A DNA stretch of 49,450 bases from a virus (taxonomy: Duplodnaviria; Caudoviricetes): IMG/VR virus record IMGVR_UViG_3300025387_000025, positions 1 to 49,450 of that record; one strand, written 5' to 3'. The position numbers and the translations under genes were made by a program. The notes beneath the pieces were generated by a model. That model ran no database searches. It was not told the DNA's origin and worked only from the letters and a program-made list of their open reading frames with translations. Below, piece after piece: positions 44,593-49,450 of the stretch. Positions within the stretch are counted from its first letter, which is position 1. Every line of letters begins with the position of its first letter.

Positions 44593-45999
44593 CTACATGA
44601 GATTGTTGACTATGACTCTACGATAGTAAACGTTAGTGTTGATAGTAAGACCGCCAAGACCTTTAGTAAGACCCTGTGCGAATGGATTTGCAACCATTCC
44701 GTAACGAGTCTTAAAGCCAATCTTTGGCTGGAATGTACCTTGATCAACTGCACGAACCATCTGTAGTGGAACGTATGGGCAATAGAAGATACCAGCATCA
44801 AATGCTGAAGAACCCTTATAGCCAACAGTTAGGTAGTTACCGCCGATTGCGTATGGGTCAATATAGACCTTTAGGCGACCATTGAGAACACCAGCAAAAG
44901 TATTGCCAGTATCATCAACTTCTAGACGGTTTGAATTAAGAGCAGGAGCGTAATCAAGAACACCAGCCATCTGTAGTGCAGAAGCAACGTCTGAAGAACA
45001 GATAACGATGTTACCTTTACCACGACGGGTCTGCTTTGCAATTTGGTTGGCTTCACGCTCTAGCTGGAACATAAGACCTTTGAACTTCTCAACTGACCAA
45101 CGGCCATTTGAATCAGTGTCAAGATCGAAAACACCAGCAGTAGTAGTGTTTAGCTGTGCACCTGGAGTAGCAGTGATGTTGATTGTACGAACAACTTCAC
45201 GATTGATTTCAGCAAGAACTTCAGCTGAAAGAATGTTAGCAAGTTCAGTCTCAGCATCTAGACCATGGATTGCTTTAAGATCTTGAGCAAGTTCCATAGT
45301 GTATTCTGCTTTTAGAGCACGTGATAGTGCAGTAACAGTAACCTTCTCAATTGAGAAAGCCATCTGTGGGAAAGCATTAGCACCTGATGAATCACCGCCA
45401 AGAGCTTCTGACTGAGCAGTAGTCATACCAGCACCAGTGTTATAGGTGTTAGTAGCAGTTAGTGGTGAAGTGTTTGATGCACCTGGGATAGTACCCTTGT
45501 GACCATAACCAAAGTTATTAGCATCAACACCAGTTAGTGAACCAGCGCCAGTGAATGCAGTGTTAACTTCGTTATAGAAAGTTTCGTTGTTAGCAGTAGA
45601 TGAATTGTAACCACCGCCGTCTTTCTGATCGCTGTAGCGTGAACGCATAGCGAAGATAAGACCAGTTGGACCAGTCATTGGCTGAACGCCGCAGATGTCA
45701 TAAGCAATGAGATTAGGCATTGCACGACGAACTAGTGAAATAAGAACTGGGTCGAAAGTATCAATACCACCAGTACCAGCAGAAGATGAAGAACCACCCA
45801 TTGCGTTAACTGGAGTTAATGAAGAAGTCTCAGTAAGAGTCTGATAGCTACCATGAGCAGCAGCCTCTGAAAGAGCCTTTTCAGTGTTCTCTAGCATAAT
45901 TGCAGTTACTGAGCGACGATGCTGGTCCTTGATTGCTCCAAGAGCATCATGGTCAAGCACTGGTGCCCACTTGTTTTGAATTTCCTCGTTAAGATACAT
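44593..45999 (-). CDS. 23: Major capsid protein (gp23)
   Basis: DPVLISLVRRAMPNLIAYDICGVQPMTGPTGLIFAMR, FYCPYVPL, QPKIGFKTRYG. Confidence 0.98.
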   Translation of the reverse strand: MYLNEEIQNKWAPVLDHDALGAIKDQHRRSVTAIMLENTEKALSEAAAHGSYQTLTETSSLTPVNAMGGSSSSAGTGGIDTFDPVLISLVRRAMPNLIAYDICGVQPMTGPTGLIFAMRSRYSDQKDGGGYNSSTANNETFYNEVNTAFTGAGSLTGVDANNFGYGHKGTIPGASNTSPLTATNTYNTGAGMTTAQSEALGGDSSGANAFPQMAFSIEKVTVTALSRALKAEYTMELAQDLKAIHGLDAETELANILSAEVLAEINREVVRTINITATPGAQLNTTTAGVFDLDTDSNGRWSVEKFKGLMFQLEREANQIAKQTRRGKGNIVICSSDVASALQMAGVLDYAPALNSNRLEVDDTGNTFAGVLNGRLKVYIDPYAIGGNYLTVGYKGSSAFDAGIFYCPYVPLQMVRAVDQGTFQPKIGFKTRYGMVANPFAQGLTKGLGGLTINTNVYYRRVIVNNLM

Positions 46000-46031
46000 G
46001 TAATTTCCCTTTCTTTACTGAGGTTGTATTA

Positions 46032-46039
46032 TATTTATA
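46032..46039 (-). promoter_or_regulatory. T4 late promoter TATAAATA for gp23
   Basis: Exact consensus. Confidence 0.85.
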
Positions 46040-46041
46040 AA

Positions 46042-47157
46042 TTAATTAGTTTTAACAGTTCTTGATAGAGCCTTAACGTAACGGTTCACGTTTGGATCTA
46101 CTGAAACGACTTCGCCGCCAGTTTCACCTTCAAAAGTCTCTTCAACAATATTTGAAGTATGAACAGAGCTATTTACAAAATAGTTCTCTTTGATAATTTC
46201 AAGCTTTCTAGTGAAAGTTTCTAAATTACCATCAAACTCAATACCTTCTGCAAGTGCAGCAAACTTTTCCTGCTGAGTAAGAGCTAGATCAGCAGCAAGC
46301 TCATTGAAAATATCAACTTTTGCTTCTTCTGCTAAAATGCTTTTTAGTTCAACATTTTCAGTGATTGCTTCATCAAGTTTGTTTTCAAGAGTATCTACCT
46401 TTGCGGCAAGAGCCTCTAGAACTTCAATCTTATCTTCTGGAACATCAATATAATGTTCAGCAAAAAGATTCTTTAGACCACCAATAAACTCTTCCATAAT
46501 TTCGTTACGTAGAGTTGATTCAATAGCAACCTCATTTTCTTTCATCCAGTTCTCAACAACATAGTCTAAATATGTTTCAATTTTTGTTGAAAGATCTTCA
46601 GAAATTACATTGACTTGCTCTTCTAGAGCAGCTTCAAACTCTTCTTCTAGACGAACAATTTCAGTAGTGATACGTGCATTAACGGCAGCTTCAAAAATAG
46701 TAGTTGCCTTCTCTTTAAACTCTTCAGTTAATTCATCATTAGAAAACATCTCTTCAACGTCTTCTGCCCAATTATTTTTTGAATCTAGTTTTGGCATTGG
46801 ATAGGCAGTTTTTGGTGCTTTACCTGAAACTGCATGTGAAGGATTCATATCAATTGAAGATGAATTCTTAGCAGAATTATCACCAACACCATAATCTTTG
46901 CCTGGACCAAATTGTGCCATAGTCTTATTGAAGAAATCAAGAAGATCTGATTTAGACATTCCAGCCATAGCGCCCATAACGTCCTTCATCATTCCAGATT
47001 TTGAAGAAGCATCAGCAGTTTTATGTGCCTTAATTGATTGAGCAGCAATTGTATCCTCATCAACATTTTCTACATCTTCTGAAACTTCGTTTTCAACTAC
47101 TTCTTCAGCAGAATCAACTACGTCTTCAAATTCTGTTTCGTGTTCTAGGTTAGCCAT
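46042..47157 (-). CDS. 22: Prohead core scaffold protein (gp22)
   Basis: LTEEFKEKATTIFEAAV, YLDYVVENWM.ENEVAIE; acidic; between gp21 and gp23. Confidence 0.93.
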   Translation of the reverse strand: MANLEHETEFEDVVDSAEEVVENEVSEDVENVDEDTIAAQSIKAHKTADASSKSGMMKDVMGAMAGMSKSDLLDFFNKTMAQFGPGKDYGVGDNSAKNSSSIDMNPSHAVSGKAPKTAYPMPKLDSKNNWAEDVEEMFSNDELTEEFKEKATTIFEAAVNARITTEIVRLEEEFEAALEEQVNVISEDLSTKIETYLDYVVENWMKENEVAIESTLRNEIMEEFIGGLKNLFAEHYIDVPEDKIEVLEALAAKVDTLENKLDEAITENVELKSILAEEAKVDIFNELAADLALTQQEKFAALAEGIEFDGNLETFTRKLEIIKENYFVNSSVHTSNIVEETFEGETGGEVVSVDPNVNRYVKALSRTVKTN

Positions 47158-47188
47158 TAGAAATTTCTCCTTATTGAAAATTTATAAT

Positions 47189-47196
47189 TATTTATA
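47189..47196 (-). promoter_or_regulatory. T4 late promoter TATAAATA for gp22
   Basis: Exact consensus. Confidence 0.8.
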
Positions 47197-47863
47197 CTTT
47201 AAGATTTTTTACCGCTAAAGATGTGATATATTCTTCAAAAATAGCGAATTTCTTTTCTTCAATCTCTTTAATTGACATTTTATTAATTCTTTTCTTTGTC
47301 TCATGAAGCTGTTCTTCGTGCCATGTTCCTTTTACTGGATCATATATCCATTCTACATTTTCCATAATTCCATTAACAAAACACCCAGGACCTGAAGGAT
47401 CTGAAACAATATCTACAGTGGATAGTTTGAAATCTGGTTGAACAATCATAGCACCATTTGATTCTTTTAATGACCCCATACCACGTGTAGAAACTCCAGG
47501 TTGCCATCCTGTTTCAAGAAGACCCTTAACAATTTCTCCCATTGGAGTTTCTGTTATCTTTGCTTTACCATTAACATAATTACCGTCCCATTTTAGTTCA
47601 GTAATCATATGTGAAACTCTGTCTAAATTAATAGTTGGGCCTTGAGGATGATTAAGTTCACCTAATGCTCTTTTTGTATTGATCATTTCACGAATATATC
47701 TATCAACTTCTTTTTCTAGAACAGGCTTTGGATATTTTCTTCCGTTCTTATTTGTTTCTTCTGCTGTTATGAAACGACCAGCTATAAAATGATCTTTTTT
47801 ACCGCTTTCGTTTAATTCGGTAATATAAGTTGTTTCTTCTGTTAATTCTGTTATAAGTTTCAT
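47192..47863 (-). CDS. 21: Prohead protease (gp21)
   Basis: MKLITE, N.NGR.Y, ALGELNHP, GVSTRGMGS, DIVSDPS. Confidence 0.96.
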   Translation of the reverse strand: MKLITELTEETTYITELNESGKKDHFIAGRFITAEETNKNGRKYPKPVLEKEVDRYIREMINTKRALGELNHPQGPTINLDRVSHMITELKWDGNYVNGKAKITETPMGEIVKGLLETGWQPGVSTRGMGSLKESNGAMIVQPDFKLSTVDIVSDPSGPGCFVNGIMENVEWIYDPVKGTWHEEQLHETKKRINKMSIKEIEEKKFAIFEEYITSLAVKNLKV

Positions 47864-47874
47864 TTCTTTTTGCC

Positions 47875-48123
47875 TTAGTATCTGTATGCTACTGGAGTTG
47901 CTCTCATATTTGATCCAACTAAAAGATCTGTTGTTTGTTTCTCAATTACAAGTTCAGCACCACCAACAATAGATGTTGATGTATATGTTTGGCCATTAGA
48001 ATATTTTTGAAGTAATACAGTATTAGAACTTCCTGTGTTTACAACACGAACAAGGTTACTGTTGTAAACATTATTTGCTGTAGTATTAATATCAATTTCT
48101 TGTCCTAGAAATTTGAAAATCAT
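47875..48123 (-). CDS. Small conserved head-module protein
   Basis: 82 aa directly upstream of gp21; LVRVVN motif. Confidence 0.6.
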   Translation of the reverse strand: MIFKFLGQEIDINTTANNVYNSNLVRVVNTGSSNTVLLQKYSNGQTYTSTSIVGGAELVIEKQTTDLLVGSNMRATPVAYRY

Positions 48124-49450
48124 ATTGAGTATCCTGTGTCTGACTTTACATTTTGTGTTGTGTTTGGAACATCACCAGATGGTCTAATTGCTCCATCTGG
48201 ACCTGATTCTTTTTTAGCTTTTTTCTTTTTTCCGCTTTCACCAATTAATGGCTCAACGGCTTGTGCTTCTTTAACTGACTTTTCTGGATGCTTTGCATAA
48301 TAAGCACCTAATGCCATTCTTTTACGTTCTTCTTTTGACTTTCCTGCAAACTTTGGATTGTCAGAATGAATAAAATCATGAATAATATCAGAAACTGAAG
48401 TCTTTGAAGTAATTACCTCATTAACAGTTTCTTCTCTAACGCCTTTACCTGTTGCATCAACTTTTCTTTTTGATGAAGTAGGTTCATCTCCTATAAAGTT
48501 TTTACCTTTTGTGTCAATTCTTTTTTGAGCAGCAATTTGACCAGCATCTCTACTTCTTACTTTTTTAAAAAGATGTTGTTCTTTTTTTTGTGCCTTTTCA
48601 TGTGGACCACGTAATTGTTCAACTTCATCTTTTGTTCTTGCACCTTTTTCATGTTGTTTAACTGCTTTAAAGAAAGCAGCACCATGTTTTTCTCTTTTTT
48701 CATGAGAAAGTGCATATTCTTTATCTAATGCTTCTTTACCAGCAACATTTTTTTCAATATATTTTTTTAATGCTGTTCTACCTTTTGCAGTATTACCAAT
48801 CTCATCAAGCTCTTCAACTTCTTCTTTAGCAAGTTTACTATGAGAAATCTTACCTTCGCCTGTTGGATCTCCTTTAAAAAGTCTTACAGTTACTCTTTCT
48901 TCTTTATCAGGATGAAATTTTTTTAATAATTTTAAAGCTTGTCTGTTACTACGAACTTGAATTCCACCTGTTGGTTTATCATCTTTATCATATCCCATAG
49001 CAGTACGATATTTATTTTTAGTTTCAAAAATTTCAACTTCTTCACCATACATCATATAATCATGACAACCAGAAATCATTCCTTTTGCATTTGCGACTTT
49101 TGCTTGAACCCATGGTTCAATATGCTCTGATGAATCTAAATGCTTTAACATCATTGATGCTTTGTCAATAATAGCATTTAATTCTCTGCGAACCATGTCA
49201 TGTTCGTCTTCTATATCATCAACTGCTTCTTTGATAGGTTCTTTTTTATCACCTAGAAGTAGTTTTCTAAGACCTTTTTTTTTATCTCCGCAACCACATG
49301 AGCTTTTACCACACTCTTCACATTCTTTACCTTCTTCAATTTCTACTTCTTCTTTGTATGCAGCCTTTGAAGCATCAAGATCACGACCTGTTCTTTTATT
49401 TTGTGGAGTTTTTAGTGAATACTTAACTTTTTCACCATTATATACATCTG
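48120..49450 (-). CDS. 5'-truncated modular prohead core/internal protein
   Basis: Frame stays open from 49196 to the window end (includes CEECGKSSCGC); EPWVQAKV and IHDFIHSDNPKFAGKSKEERKRMALGAYY modules separated by (V/I)xE. Confidence 0.65.
   Translation of the reverse strand, partial: DVYNGEKVKYSLKTPQNKRTGRDLDASKAAYKEEVEIEEGKECEECGKSSCGCGDKKKGLRKLLLGDKKEPIKEAVDDIEDEHDMVRRELNAIIDKASMMLKHLDSSEHIEPWVQAKVANAKGMISGCHDYMMYGEEVEIFETKNKYRTAMGYDKDDKPTGGIQVRSNRQALKLLKKFHPDKEERVTVRLFKGDPTGEGKISHSKLAKEEVEELDEIGNTAKGRTALKKYIEKNVAGKEALDKEYALSHEKREKHGAAFFKAVKQHEKGARTKDEVEQLRGPHEKAQKKEQHLFKKVRSRDAGQIAAQKRIDTKGKNFIGDEPTSSKRKVDATGKGVREETVNEVITSKTSVSDIIHDFIHSDNPKFAGKSKEERKRMALGAYYAKHPEKSVKEAQAVEPLIGESGKKKKAKKESGPDGAIRPSGDVPNTTQNVKSDTGYSI

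Noticed and set aside
859-49130. Numerous overlapping alternative-frame and antisense ORFs in the track (e.g. 859-1113, 9386-9808, 13319-13693, 38621-38980, 45008-45286)
   Set aside because: They lie wholly within well-supported genes and show the Leu/Lys/Ser-rich shadow composition expected from codon bias, with no recognisable motifs.
1-49450. Stop-codon reassignment
   Set aside because: Core genes translate full length in code 11; TAA, TGA and TAG (gp23) all act as stops.

Overview
An AT-rich segment of a large T4-like myophage genome (Caudoviricetes with gp21/22/23, gp3, gp55, gp44/45/62, gp46/47, gp61, UvsW/UvsY, RegA). The host is inferred, not shown, to be an alphaproteobacterium (Rhizobiales-like), from the style of its secreted Gly/Tyr-rich, RlpA and lipoprotein genes. 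The + strand (1-24553) carries late virion and internal-protein genes including Dps, then primase, ThyX, class II RNR, ClpP, a methyltransferase, glutaredoxin, a glycosyltransferase, RNase H, PhoH and an exonuclease. The - strand (49450 down to about 24543) carries head genes, recombination, replication and late-transcription genes, and two accessory islands. Sigma70-like promoters and T4 late promoters (TATAAATA/ACTAAATA) are clear. Most notable: (1) a tRNA-Thr with an A34 anticodon (AGU), very rare in bacteria, co-oriented about 0.5 kb upstream of a CDA/TadA-fold deaminase; (2) a candidate N-terminal processing/N-degron toolkit (PDF, RimI-like GNAT, ATE1/Bpt-like transferase, ClpP); (3) a recurring E-S/A-G-K-K-K motif in putative internal head proteins; (4) four endonuclease loci with a hairpin plus late promoter switch, one an internally deleted relic; (5) a consensus antisense promoter firing into gp3. 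Family assignments are from motif recognition only; no searches were run.
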